IMG/VR virus record: IMGVR_UViG_3300012909_000005
Location: 1-63,888 of that record
Reading direction: 5' to 3' (one strand)
From: a virus
Lineage: Duplodnaviria > Caudoviricetes
DNA: 63,888 nucleotides
This document shows positions 36,886 to 46,545 of the stretch, piece by piece. The position numbers and the translations under genes were made by a program. The notes below the pieces were generated by a model that was not told where the DNA came from, ran no database searches, and saw only the letters and a list, made by a program, of their open reading frames with translations. Positions within the stretch are counted from its first letter, which is position 1. Each line of letters begins with the position of its first letter.

Positions 36886-39303
36886 TTATTGCATTTGAGG
36901 TTGAGATTCTTGTTGTTCTTCTTGTGGAGCTTCCTGTCCTTCCGGCTGGCCGCCCTCCTGTTGTTCCTGCTCCATCTGTTGTTGATGTTGAGCTAGTGCC
37001 GCCTGTTGCATTGCCATCTCTTGTAATTGGATTTCGGATTTCAAATCGTTATCAGTTATTTTATAGAACTGATTTACAAGGGCCTGCTGTTCTGGCGGCA
37101 ATGGCTTCCCTAATATAAATGCCTGAGTAAGAAGCTCCTGCACAAATTGCTGTTCCGATAATTGCCTTGCATTTAGATTCGTTGTTTTCTGTAATTCCAT
37201 ATCCCCTTGGCTCTTTGCCTGCGCGGATGCCACCTGTTGCTTGGCGTTTTCTTGGGCATTTTGTGCGGCCTGCTCTTGCGCTCCTTTGATAGCTCTTTTC
37301 TGAGATTGGCGAAATAATACCTCTCCTAGTTTGAAATCTTCCTGTGCTACTCTGAGTATTTTGAAAGGGTCAAGATATAAAATGAGTTGTGGGTTAGATG
37401 CAATAGCCTGATTCATCATTGCGTCCAAACGTTGGATTTGCGCCTCTGTCGGTAGCATCCGGGCGGCCGTACTGAATATGCGCCCCTTCACATCTTCTTC
37501 CCCTATAATATGCCGGTACACGCTTGCCCCGTAAGTTACGCTGTTTTTGAGAAGACATGCAACCTTACGGCTGGTGTCTTCCATAACATATAAGTATGCA
37601 TTATAACAATAATTTGTGGCATTATCGCTCTGTGCAAGTGATTGTTCTACGTTATCAGAGGTTACGCGTGGTTTAAGAGCCTGCGATCCGATATTGGGGT
37701 CTTCCCCTAGTTCATCTTTAAGGACTTGAAAATGGTAATTGTAAAGCGTTATAAGCCCCTGCATTTGAGCCAGGAAACCGGCATTAGCTAATTCTGTGAT
37801 TGGTGCGTGGATTGGATTGCCTTCGGCATCTCGCCCCCGGTAATACAGCCTACCCGTTTGCTCATGGATTTTCTGTTGTTCGATAGGCTTCGTCATGCTG
37901 GCCAACCCTAAATCCAATTCCTGCAAGGCGTCTACGTCAATGGCATAACCAGCCGGGGCCATCTTAGCGACAAGCTGTTGTATCTTCAACCGGGCGATGG
38001 TCATTTGATCTACTGGCTCTTCTACTTTTTCCGGAATGGCGATATTGCGCATATCGTTGTTCTGGTACATGTAAAAGCTGTAGGAAAATTCCGCATTGCC
38101 AATTTCTTTCGGGTCCTGAGGACGGATCATATTGGTTTTAAGGCCCCATTCCAGCATCACTTGGGCAGACCTTGCATAGACCCCCCGGTAGATATTCCAG
38201 TTTTTGTCCTCTACGTATTCTTCGTTATCTGCTGGTTTGGCTGTCTGCCCTTTGCGAACCAAAGTACTCTTGTTCTTTTTGGTCGTAATGATCGTATAAG
38301 GATCGGAATCCAGGCTCCTAACCTCAAAGTCCATTACATCAAAGTTCCATTCGTCATAGGGCCTCATGATACAGGCGCTCCATTCGTTCAGCCAAGTGAT
38401 TTTATCCATCAACTGGTAGTCCTTGGTCTGTTGGGCGATCTTCCAAATCTGTTCTTCGGTCAGTTTACCGCCGAATTCTTTCCCGTACTTCCGGCGAAGG
38501 GTACTTATTTTCATAGCCCGTACCTGCCCACGCATGGTCGTATCCCGGAAGTCCGGGTATTCGGAGAAGGTATAAAGCGCATTTTCTGGCTTCACCCAGT
38601 CTACGTGAATCACTCCTTGTTCGTCCATCCAAGTGTAAGTCCCCACGAATCCCGTTTCGGCGCTGTCGTGTAAGAGTTTTTCTTTCAGAACTCCAAACCA
38701 ACCATTTGTCTCGAAAATATCGTTCGTTCCTTCTTCGTAAAGTATTTCTTCTGGCAGCCGAAGAGACTGCGTAAACCAGGTTTCCAGGTCCTCTTTATCT
38801 TCTGGCACGAATTGATCTGGGGGGATCATAGGAACGCCCGTTTGCTCTTGGAGTTGTTGTAGCTGGGCTTGGTGATTCATGACAAACTCCGCTTGTTCGT
38901 AGTTGTCCTGCTTATCTTTCACCGAAAGGGGGTCAATAGCCTTGACGACTATCTTTTCATTTCGCCCCATCCATGCCCCTACTAACTTGGTAATGATTGT
39001 ATTAACTATCAGGGGAGCCTTCCAAAGGAGATTGACAAAATTTGTCTTGCCATTAAAATCCAGCAAGTCGCCGAATTTGGCCCGAATATTGACCCGCCCA
39101 TTGGCCATATCCCTGTTCTTCTTATACCGTACGTTTCTGAGAAAAAAGTACCCGGTATTCCCACCCATTTGACTTTCAAAGTACTGCGCCATTTGTTTCC
39201 CAAATCTAGGGTCGGATTTACTTTTCGTATCCGTTGTTAATTGGAACGATTTAAGCACTTGCCCACTCCCGGAAGTCGTGTCAATTTGGGAAAATTCGGC
39301 CAT
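36886..39303 (-). CDS. Portal protein
   Basis: ~805 aa between terminase and scaffold; VVKAIDPLS; Q-rich coiled C-terminus of podoviral portals; likely ATG 39303. Confidence 0.85.
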   Translation of the reverse strand: MAEFSQIDTTSGSGQVLKSFQLTTDTKSKSDPRFGKQMAQYFESQMGGNTGYFFLRNVRYKKNRDMANGRVNIRAKFGDLLDFNGKTNFVNLLWKAPLIVNTIITKLVGAWMGRNEKIVVKAIDPLSVKDKQDNYEQAEFVMNHQAQLQQLQEQTGVPMIPPDQFVPEDKEDLETWFTQSLRLPEEILYEEGTNDIFETNGWFGVLKEKLLHDSAETGFVGTYTWMDEQGVIHVDWVKPENALYTFSEYPDFRDTTMRGQVRAMKISTLRRKYGKEFGGKLTEEQIWKIAQQTKDYQLMDKITWLNEWSACIMRPYDEWNFDVMDFEVRSLDSDPYTIITTKKNKSTLVRKGQTAKPADNEEYVEDKNWNIYRGVYARSAQVMLEWGLKTNMIRPQDPKEIGNAEFSYSFYMYQNNDMRNIAIPEKVEEPVDQMTIARLKIQQLVAKMAPAGYAIDVDALQELDLGLASMTKPIEQQKIHEQTGRLYYRGRDAEGNPIHAPITELANAGFLAQMQGLITLYNYHFQVLKDELGEDPNIGSQALKPRVTSDNVEQSLAQSDNATNYCYNAYLYVMEDTSRKVACLLKNSVTYGASVYRHIIGEEDVKGRIFSTAARMLPTEAQIQRLDAMMNQAIASNPQLILYLDPFKILRVAQEDFKLGEVLFRQSQKRAIKGAQEQAAQNAQENAKQQVASAQAKSQGDMELQKTTNLNARQLSEQQFVQELLTQAFILGKPLPPEQQALVNQFYKITDNDLKSEIQLQEMAMQQAALAQHQQQMEQEQQEGGQPEGQEAPQEEQQESQPQMQ

Positions 39304-39321
39304 TAATGGGAAATTGTTTCC

Positions 39322-39351
39322 CAAATATAATGATTATGCCAAACAGACAAA
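39322..39351 (-). promoter_or_regulatory. Bacteroidota promoter TTTG-N18-TATATTTG upstream of portal
   Basis: CAAATATA at 39322-39329 and CAAA at 39348-39351 on +. Confidence 0.6.
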
Positions 39352-39391
39352 GATTTTTTTATTCAATAAGAGCAATCCGTAACCCATTATG

Positions 39392-39838
39392 CTAAATGCA
39401 GTTAAGATATTTCTCTTGAACTTTTATCTCTTTTTCTAGTCGATCTATCAATTTTTCGATTACAACGGAATAGCCTTTTTTGCGCGTCAGCAGTAAGAGA
39501 GCGAACCTTAAATCCCCTTGTTTGTGATTATTATCTTTCCATATAAGGGGCAAGAGGTTCTCCGGATGCCAAAGGAGTTTCATTTCAGCCTCATCCTGGA
39601 TATCGAAAAGCCAAAACGGGACTACATGATCCACAACCCAATGAGTACCATAGTTCTGCCAACTCATGGTATCCAGCATCCGACTTTCCATTAATACTTT
39701 CGTCTCCTGCCAGTTCAATCCTATCCACTCCCTGATTTTTATGGGTGTAGCCTTCCCCCGAAGAAATCTCCTGAAGGCGGATTGCTGCGCTTTTTTGACT
39801 TTAAGTTTCTTTTGATACTCGGTTTCTACCTTGTTCAT
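39392..39838 (-). CDS. HNH-like endonuclease
   Basis: MSWQNYGTHWVVDHVVP..FD...WHPENLLPL...N.HK. Confidence 0.75.
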   Translation of the reverse strand: MNKVETEYQKKLKVKKAQQSAFRRFLRGKATPIKIREWIGLNWQETKVLMESRMLDTMSWQNYGTHWVVDHVVPFWLFDIQDEAEMKLLWHPENLLPLIWKDNNHKQGDLRFALLLLTRKKGYSVVIEKLIDRLEKEIKVQEKYLNCI

Positions 39839-39934
39839 TTGATGACTTTTTAAGTGTGGAACGCTTTTTAAATCTCATAGCCTCCTTGTAAATTCATTAG
39901 ATTCAACTAAATGAATTACAATGGATAGAGTCTG

Positions 39935-39942
39935 CAAAAATA
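39935..39942 (-). promoter_or_regulatory. -7 element TATTTTTG upstream of HNH gene
   Basis: TAnnTTTG match in intergenic region. Confidence 0.45.
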
Positions 39943-39994
39943 CAAAAAACGAACAATGATATAATTAGAAAACATACGTTCCACGCAACCGGAT

Positions 39995-42073
39995 TTATTC
40001 CTCATAAACCTTAACTAGCGGCTCCTTTCTACGCGGCGGCAATACCTTGACTTCCATCAGGACAGAAATGAGCATCAGGAATGAAACAATACAGTCATAG
40101 GCGGTTCTGTCGTAGGGGTCAAATACCTTGGCAGTCGTTAATATTTCTTCGAAGTCAATCAAATCACAATGATACTCGAAATATGCAATCCCGTTATCTA
40201 ATTGTCTAGTTAAGCTAAATGGCGTTATAGGCGTCCCTCTGTGCCTTTCTGCTTTTTCTCTTTTGTTCGGATCGATTAAACTTAAGGGATACCTTCCCAG
40301 ATAGCCTATCTTACCTCTTTCTCGAAAATATCCTTCGTAATCATCCGCCGTATGCTCGTAAAAAGCCTCATACCCCATGAATTCGGCAGCAAGCATTACC
40401 TGCTCATGAAGCATATCTTTCACTGCTGGCCTCCCGTAAAGATGCCCTATCGCCTTCCCTGTGTTATGCGGATCGTTTATATCAAACCTTCTGCCTATCC
40501 AAGCAGAAGCCTTTGATCCATATTTACGACCACCCTGTGAATTGCTATAGCTATCTACGGTAATCGCTCCATCCTCTGTTCTGCCGGGCCTCCTTATTCT
40601 TCCATCATTCACATACTTATTATTCTCACTTTCAGGAGGAAACCATGTTATTTTCCAATGGAAGGCGCGCTCGTTATCGGTGACATCTCTCCATTTTACT
40701 TTTTGCTCCATATCCCTAAAGAATACTATACTTCTTTTAAAAATCTTATTCTTCTTTAAAGACTCTTCCCGGGTCACAATATTGTACATATTGAAAATAC
40801 ACTCGGTATTAGCGGACATGAACATTTCTTGTTCATTAAAAGAGTATTTTCTTATCTCTTCTTCTAAGGCCGCTCCTTTTAATTTTTTTCTCCTGTTTTC
40901 TAGGTATGCCTTTGCCCCTAATTTTAATTGGCCATTATATTTCTTCTCCCCGTATTTGGCTATTAAATATTTTGATTGCTCTTCGTTTGGCGGATCAATT
41001 ATGGATTCTCCGTATTTACCGATAAACCCGGCAAGCCCATCATACCCTGGGCAATAGTATCTCACTAAACCATTGGCTGTAGCTTCTTCTGATATATCTA
41101 ATATATCAGCATCTTCGTCGTTGCCTGTTTCTTCGTTTTTCCATGTTGCGTCATCCCACACTATCTTAAAGGCCGCACCACCCTTTTTGGTAAGCTCATT
41201 TACAGTACTCGGAAACTCTCCAAAACCTACACGCTCGGCACCCTCAACAAATGTTTCAAGGAAAATAGATATGAACTGATCGAAAGGGACATCCGCAGGG
41301 AATTTTCCACCTTCATCGATAAACCCCCACGTAACCCTCTCAGAATCGTATGAATTTGTAGCGGTTGGTTGGTAGTCTAATATGGAATTTAGCCCCTCTA
41401 CCTCATCAATAAGTTGCGCCTTTTTTGTTTTCTTTGTTTTTGCCAAAGGAACATTGAATACAAGTTCACTTCTTGAATCTTTATCATTTGCGATAGTGGG
41501 TTGTAAGAAAAAGGGAAGATGCCTGAACCCGAACTGCATTCGGTATATAAACATCTTTCTGGCATCCGCACTTGTTTTTGATACGTGCGCTCCTCTGGCA
41601 TTTTTGTTTGTCGTGACGTGGTTAACTACATTCGAAGAAGACTCCGATGACGCGCCGCTACGTCGGGATTTACCCCGTATGACACCCCTACACCAGTAAA
41701 CATTATACCAGTAATCTAAGTATAGAAAGTAGCGCCTGCTGGTATCCCTGTATTCAGGAGCTTTTTTATTTTCTAAAGTCCAGTATTGTAGATAGTAGTA
41801 GTTACGGCCTGTGATAAAAGTTTTTTTGCCATTGACGTAGAACCAAAATCCGTTTTTAATCCTATTGAATTCTTTAATGGCAAACTCTTCCTGATCGGTT
41901 GATAACTGTATGTTCCCGTCCTCATCCCTTACTATAGATCTGAAAATTGCTGGGAGCGGCTTGCGTCTCCAATATTGTTCCTCCTTAGGCATTCCCCAAT
42001 CTTCTACTTCTGATTCAGGCGGCTCATCAGGCAATTCTATTTTTGTATGATAGACTTCAATAATCTCTCCCAT
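39995..42073 (-). CDS. terL: Terminase large subunit
   Basis: FITGRNYYYLQY, deviant Walker A KSRRSGAS, Walker B GFIDEGGK, nuclease ITVDSY, YDCIVS. Confidence 0.9.
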   Translation of the reverse strand: MGEIIEVYHTKIELPDEPPESEVEDWGMPKEEQYWRRKPLPAIFRSIVRDEDGNIQLSTDQEEFAIKEFNRIKNGFWFYVNGKKTFITGRNYYYLQYWTLENKKAPEYRDTSRRYFLYLDYWYNVYWCRGVIRGKSRRSGASSESSSNVVNHVTTNKNARGAHVSKTSADARKMFIYRMQFGFRHLPFFLQPTIANDKDSRSELVFNVPLAKTKKTKKAQLIDEVEGLNSILDYQPTATNSYDSERVTWGFIDEGGKFPADVPFDQFISIFLETFVEGAERVGFGEFPSTVNELTKKGGAAFKIVWDDATWKNEETGNDEDADILDISEEATANGLVRYYCPGYDGLAGFIGKYGESIIDPPNEEQSKYLIAKYGEKKYNGQLKLGAKAYLENRRKKLKGAALEEEIRKYSFNEQEMFMSANTECIFNMYNIVTREESLKKNKIFKRSIVFFRDMEQKVKWRDVTDNERAFHWKITWFPPESENNKYVNDGRIRRPGRTEDGAITVDSYSNSQGGRKYGSKASAWIGRRFDINDPHNTGKAIGHLYGRPAVKDMLHEQVMLAAEFMGYEAFYEHTADDYEGYFRERGKIGYLGRYPLSLIDPNKREKAERHRGTPITPFSLTRQLDNGIAYFEYHCDLIDFEEILTTAKVFDPYDRTAYDCIVSFLMLISVLMEVKVLPPRRKEPLVKVYEE

Positions 42074-42423
42074 TACCCAGCAAATTTATCCAAGAATGAT
42101 GTTTTTTTCTTCATGTCTTTTTCTTCATCGCCAGTAACGCCAGCTGACTGCCCCAATGTAGCTACAGTTTCCGATAACGATTTTATTGCCGACCAAATTA
42201 TTTTCATTCTTTCCATTGTTTTATCTGAAGCATCATCGATGTTTACCGTTTTTAAACTTCTGGCATTAAGCATGTCTGCTAGGTCATTCATGTTGCGATT
42301 TAACGAATAATATAGTTTAGCATTCCCTGGCATTTCGAATGCTGTCACCTTCTCTTCAAGAATTTTCACTTTTCGCCTTTCTTGATCCAGCTCTTTTTTT
42401 ATGTCTTCTAATGACTCTGACAT
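42073..42423 (-). CDS. Putative terminase small subunit
   Basis: 116-aa helical protein coupled to terL. Confidence 0.5.
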   Translation of the reverse strand: MSESLEDIKKELDQERRKVKILEEKVTAFEMPGNAKLYYSLNRNMNDLADMLNARSLKTVNIDDASDKTMERMKIIWSAIKSLSETVATLGQSAGVTGDEEKDMKKKTSFLDKFAG

Positions 42424-43460
42424 ATTTGTTTTTTTATAGATTCATCGAAAGATACACCCTTTTTAAGATTATCCAACTGCCACAAGGGTTGAAGATTGGT
42501 ATAATGGAAACAAGCTCTTTGGTCTTCTTCTAATCTAAGATCAAATTTAGAGCATGGCTTAATATGATCAATATGTATGTCACCTGACATAAACAAATCC
42601 CACGTCATGCCTTCAGAAAATAAAGAAGTGAAATATTCCTTGAAGAATGGGATTGAACATCCAAGCAAATTCTCAGTTGTATCCGATTTTATAGTATTCC
42701 ATTTTTTTAGTGCAAATCTAGTCCTACTCCTAAGGTTTTTAAGTATCCGGAATTCTATATCGGTGGCTGATTTTTTATTATTATAAATCCTGTTTCTTTC
42801 CCGTGTACGTTCAATAGATCGTTTTCTAGTTTCCCTTATCTTATCCTTATTCTTTAACCTGTATTCCTTTTGCTGTCTCTTTAGCTTTTCCCGTTGCTCT
42901 GGCGTCCTTTTATCCCTATATGCTTTTTGCCTAGCCTTGTGAAAGGCTGCATCTTTAGAGACTACAGCCTTTCTTCTCTCATAAATTTGATCTCCTTTTT
43001 TAAGTCTATACTGTCTGTCGGTTTCCCTCTTCTTGTGTTTATTTTTATCTCTATATTCTTTACTTTTCTCTTTAAAATATTCTTTTTTTGAATTCCAATT
43101 TTCTTTTGTCTTTTTGCAAATAGATTCTGCATTGTTCCTATAATATTCTTTCCTTTTTTTAACTACATACTCAATGTTATTCTGCGTATGCACCCTTTTT
43201 CTTATAGTATCGCAAGGTTTGCAATATGGTTGCGTCCAACGTCCTTTCCCGGCCGTATTGTATTCCGATAACGGCTTACTTATCCCACATATCTTACAAA
43301 CCTTTTCTGTTCTGGATGCTATTTCTAGCGAAATCTGAGATTTGCTTTTTAATGGTTTGCATTTCTTACAATTACCCCTATACTCGTTCCTTTCCTTTCT
43401 GAAATAAAAATTACTTACTGGCAAGTCTTTTTGACATACATTACAAACCTTTGTTTGCAT
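42408..43460 (-). CDS. HNH-like endonuclease with two N-terminal CxxC zinc fingers and basic helical stalk
   Basis: CNVC..CKKC, CKIC..CKPC; LLGCS...GMTW...HIDHIKPCSKFDL...FHYTNLQPLW..DNLKK. Confidence 0.85.
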   Translation of the reverse strand: MQTKVCNVCQKDLPVSNFYFRKERNEYRGNCKKCKPLKSKSQISLEIASRTEKVCKICGISKPLSEYNTAGKGRWTQPYCKPCDTIRKRVHTQNNIEYVVKKRKEYYRNNAESICKKTKENWNSKKEYFKEKSKEYRDKNKHKKRETDRQYRLKKGDQIYERRKAVVSKDAAFHKARQKAYRDKRTPEQREKLKRQQKEYRLKNKDKIRETRKRSIERTRERNRIYNNKKSATDIEFRILKNLRSRTRFALKKWNTIKSDTTENLLGCSIPFFKEYFTSLFSEGMTWDLFMSGDIHIDHIKPCSKFDLRLEEDQRACFHYTNLQPLWQLDNLKKGVSFDESIKKQICQSH

Positions 43461-43467
43461 CTTTTTT

Positions 43468-43680
43468 TTAATTTAGTTCAGGATTTGTTTCGGGTTCGAA
43501 TTCTTCATGGCAGCAGCATGGAACTAGGATGAGTACATCTTTTATGTCGTCTTCTGTTTCGATTTCAACTACTTCTGAGTTAGCTGCGCAGGCCCCAATC
43601 AGGTCTTCTCCGTAAGGTATGAATACTTCCATATGGCCGGGGAGATACTTAATTAGCTTCTTTAATTCCTTTATAGTCAT
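43468..43680 (-). CDS. Hypothetical protein (MTIKELKKLI..LP..MEV type)
   Basis: Common small phage N-terminal motif. Confidence 0.6.
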   Translation of the reverse strand: MTIKELKKLIKYLPGHMEVFIPYGEDLIGACAANSEVVEIETEDDIKDVLILVPCCCHEEFEPETNPELN

Positions 43681-44347
43681 GTTGAAGTGGTTTTGCGTCG
43701 GAAGGTGTCAGGCCTATTAAAAGCTCCCCTTTGTTTACTTTTTTTGTGAAATTGTGGTGGACGAGGATTATTTCTTCACGCTCATGTTCTGGTTCGTTTT
43801 CGAAGTGGCGAAGTCTTATGATTCTCCTTTCGCGTCCGTTGTCTTGGAATATCACCTCATAGTCGGATGCCTTCAAAGTCATTACACACTGTCCTTTGTA
43901 TTCTCCGGAAGTTATGTATAGTATGTTGTTTAGCTTCTTTGGGGGGATTCCTTGGATAAATCCTTTGTAAGGATCGAATACGCGCAGGCCGGTAGCGAAG
44001 CCTTTAATGGGCTGCCAATCGCCGTCTGGCATCTTCCATATGTAGGCTTGAAGTTCCGGGAAAGAAAAGTATCGAATGTCTGAGGCTATATCCGATCCTG
44101 ATAATGATTTGTAATTGAATATCCGGTTTTCATCCGTCAGGGCATTATGATGGAAAAGTATAGTTGCGCCTTCTGGGATGTTTTCGGAACTCATTACTTC
44201 GCCCTGTGAGGCCTCTGTATAATTCCTTTGGAAATTATCGTAACGCCTTTCAAGTCTAATGACTTGTCCTCCTTCGAATGTATGGAAGTTCTTTTCCTCC
44301 ATCCATACCTTTACTACTACTCTACCATGTGTGTGCTTTAATCCCAT
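43649..44347 (-). CDS. Divergent GroES-like protein (possibly two GroES-like repeats)
   Basis: GRVVVKV...GGQVIRL...QGEVMS...EGATILFHHN; second half WQPIKGF...DYEVIF. Confidence 0.5.
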   Translation of the reverse strand: MGLKHTHGRVVVKVWMEEKNFHTFEGGQVIRLERRYDNFQRNYTEASQGEVMSSENIPEGATILFHHNALTDENRIFNYKSLSGSDIASDIRYFSFPELQAYIWKMPDGDWQPIKGFATGLRVFDPYKGFIQGIPPKKLNNILYITSGEYKGQCVMTLKASDYEVIFQDNGRERRIIRLRHFENEPEHEREEIILVHHNFTKKVNKGELLIGLTPSDAKPLQHDYKGIKEAN

Positions 44348-44550
44348 GATTGAATTCTTTTATAAAGATCATATAATTGTTGTTCTGTTCTCACTCTTAA
44401 TGCAGTATCATTCCATTGCCATCTTTCATTTGGCGCACCAACTATATCTCCAAGGCCTTCTCTTATTAAGTCTGAGAATTCGGTATAACCGCCCTTATTA
44501 CTGCCTTTAATTAAAGATATTATATCTTCTTTTGACACATCTATGTTCAT
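44338..44550 (-). CDS. Hypothetical protein
   Basis: ORF; TAACTTTA promoter-like element 4 nt upstream. Confidence 0.6.
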   Translation of the reverse strand: MNIDVSKEDIISLIKGSNKGGYTEFSDLIREGLGDIVGAPNERWQWNDTALRVRTEQQLYDLYKRIQSWD

Positions 44551-44568
44551 ATCTTAAAGTTAATGAAT

Positions 44569-45333
44569 TTAATACATTCTATCCATTACCCACTTGTTCA
44601 TAATGGGGGGATGGGTGAAATTTATAGGCGTGAGATCGTATCCATCGAACCATAGTGTACTATCAAATACATCACATTGATCTAGCTTTTGGTCGTGACT
44701 TGACATGGCGAACACCCCCTCCTGCATGTTTATTATCTTAGCCTTCATCACTTCTTTCTTCCTTACAAAACCGTAGTGTATGATTTTTATCTTGTCATAA
44801 TAAGCCGTAGACGGGTGCGGCACCCCGATGTTTTCCCCATCATCGTAACACCAATATCCACGCTTTGTTAGTCTCACTACAGACAAACTACACGGTTGTC
44901 TATCTAAAGGGACGGTTAACATATGGTTTGGAGTCCCCCATAGATTCACACGCTCACATAGAAAACCTTCTGCTCCCGTTTCCATTGCCTGCCTTATCGA
45001 CGAATAGCTATCTGGATGAATGGCTTCGTCAGCTTGAACCAAAATTTGATAGTCAGTATTCAATGCCATCGCAGCTATGTTTTGAAAATGAGCTAGTTTT
45101 GTCTTCCCTTTGGTATCCTCCCACAGTTTATAATCTATATCGTATAATTCCATATTAGGGTAAACATCCATTAATTTACAGATATCATGATGGGTTCCAT
45201 CCTGTTCCAAATCTAGGCATAATACATTTACTTTATCGCATACCTCACATAAGCTACCTATCGATTCCTTAAATGAATAGTCATACGTATTACCGGATGT
45301 AACGAAAATGAAACCTCCTAGTGTTTTACTCAT
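44569..45333 (-). CDS. GT-A fold (GT2-like) glycosyltransferase
   Basis: SIGSLCEVCD, DGTH, QADE (DxD-like), IIHYGFVR; likely ATG 45333. Confidence 0.8.
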   Translation of the reverse strand: MSKTLGGFIFVTSGNTYDYSFKESIGSLCEVCDKVNVLCLDLEQDGTHHDICKLMDVYPNMELYDIDYKLWEDTKGKTKLAHFQNIAAMALNTDYQILVQADEAIHPDSYSSIRQAMETGAEGFLCERVNLWGTPNHMLTVPLDRQPCSLSVVRLTKRGYWCYDDGENIGVPHPSTAYYDKIKIIHYGFVRKKEVMKAKIINMQEGVFAMSSHDQKLDQCDVFDSTLWFDGYDLTPINFTHPPIMNKWVMDRMY

Positions 45334-45977
45334 GGTTTCTTTTTTAAGAGGAAAACAGCGTAGCCGTCCCACCACTGCTCATTCTGATAAAGTTCCCCAT
45401 TGTCGTTTAGAAGTTCCTGCTGGAATAGTATTTCATAACCACCTTCCTCTATTCCTTCCATAGTTCCTTCTTTTACCCCTTCGAATGTCCAGTCATCGCA
45501 TACATATATAAACTCATTCGCCAAGATCGGCTTATAATAGATAATGGCTTGTTTCTGTTGTTCTCTACTATGCCCCGCGTCGTAACTATAAAAGTCAATA
45601 TCTTTCTTTATTCCCGTTAAGTCAACCTCAAAGCAGTCCGAATTGATTATTCTGAAATCAACACCATATGGAGTGAAGGCAATAGAGTTTGCAATAAAAT
45701 CTTTTGCGTGTTTGTGCCCTTCCGTTGCGTCAGACGCCCAACTATCAACGGCATAGGCATGAGATAAATTAGCATTCCCGAATACGGCGGAACAGTATGA
45801 TCCGCCGACATGACTTCCCACATCCAGAAAACTTGAACTTATTGCCCCTAAGTTATTCAATAGATGCCTAATTTGTAGGCTCCCCAACATTGGGACATTA
45901 ATAGCCTCTGGCGACAAGCCGCTTCTTCTTTTTTCTGCATTTTCTATGCAACCCTTAATTAATTCTATTTTCGACAT
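45330..45977 (-). CDS. Class I SAM-dependent methyltransferase (Methyltransf_24-like)
   Basis: FLDVGSHVGGS, AVDSW, IDFYSYDAGH, VCDDW. Confidence 0.8.
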   Translation of the reverse strand: MSKIELIKGCIENAEKRRSGLSPEAINVPMLGSLQIRHLLNNLGAISSSFLDVGSHVGGSYCSAVFGNANLSHAYAVDSWASDATEGHKHAKDFIANSIAFTPYGVDFRIINSDCFEVDLTGIKKDIDFYSYDAGHSREQQKQAIIYYKPILANEFIYVCDDWTFEGVKEGTMEGIEEGGYEILFQQELLNDNGELYQNEQWWDGYAVFLLKKKP

Positions 45978-46545
45978 ACTTGTTGTTTATTTGGTAAATA
46001 ATTCTTTGTTTTTCTTGGTAGGAACAGTTTACTGCGAAAAATGCCCCGACTTCTAGGGTAGGATGAAAGTCAGGCAATACGATGGATAAATAACCGGGGA
46101 GCATTTCTGGGAACCATCCGCTTCTATGACTATCTGGGTTATCATCTTCCGAAAGCATATATGGCCCTAATGGAGTAAATATAATCTGCTTATTGGAATG
46201 TTCTTCCATTAGAGATAATAGTTCTGTCCCTTTGTCGAAATATAGATGTTCGATCCCGTCTGAGCAAATCATAACATCGTATTTTATGTTGCATGAATTT
46301 CTAAGAAAATCAAATACGTCCATGTTTTTGAAATATGGTCTCTGCCATTCGTATTCAAGTTCCCTGTCCTGTATATCTACATACGTTCTATATGCAAATC
46401 CAAGCCTTGGAGTGTATGGGGCCTTGTGACACATCAAATCGCACATTGAACTAAATGGATGGTCATGTTCTGTTCCGCAAATGATCTTCATTATATCCAA
46501 CCAAAGCTCTCCGCTACCTGTTATTCCTGGTAATACTATTTGCAT
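45955..46545 (-). CDS. Methyltransferase-like protein
   Basis: YVDI, MDVFDF, YDVMICSDGIEHL, IIFTPLG, HRSGW; motif I degenerate (DLMCHKA). Confidence 0.65.
   Translation of the reverse strand: MQIVLPGITGSGELWLDIMKIICGTEHDHPFSSMCDLMCHKAPYTPRLGFAYRTYVDIQDRELEYEWQRPYFKNMDVFDFLRNSCNIKYDVMICSDGIEHLYFDKGTELLSLMEEHSNKQIIFTPLGPYMLSEDDNPDSHRSGWFPEMLPGYLSIVLPDFHPTLEVGAFFAVNCSYQEKQRIIYQINNKYVENRIN

Noticed and set aside
39854-39986. parS site
   Set aside because: Only separated half-site-like GTTCCAC sequences; no intact 16-bp palindrome and no parAB genes.
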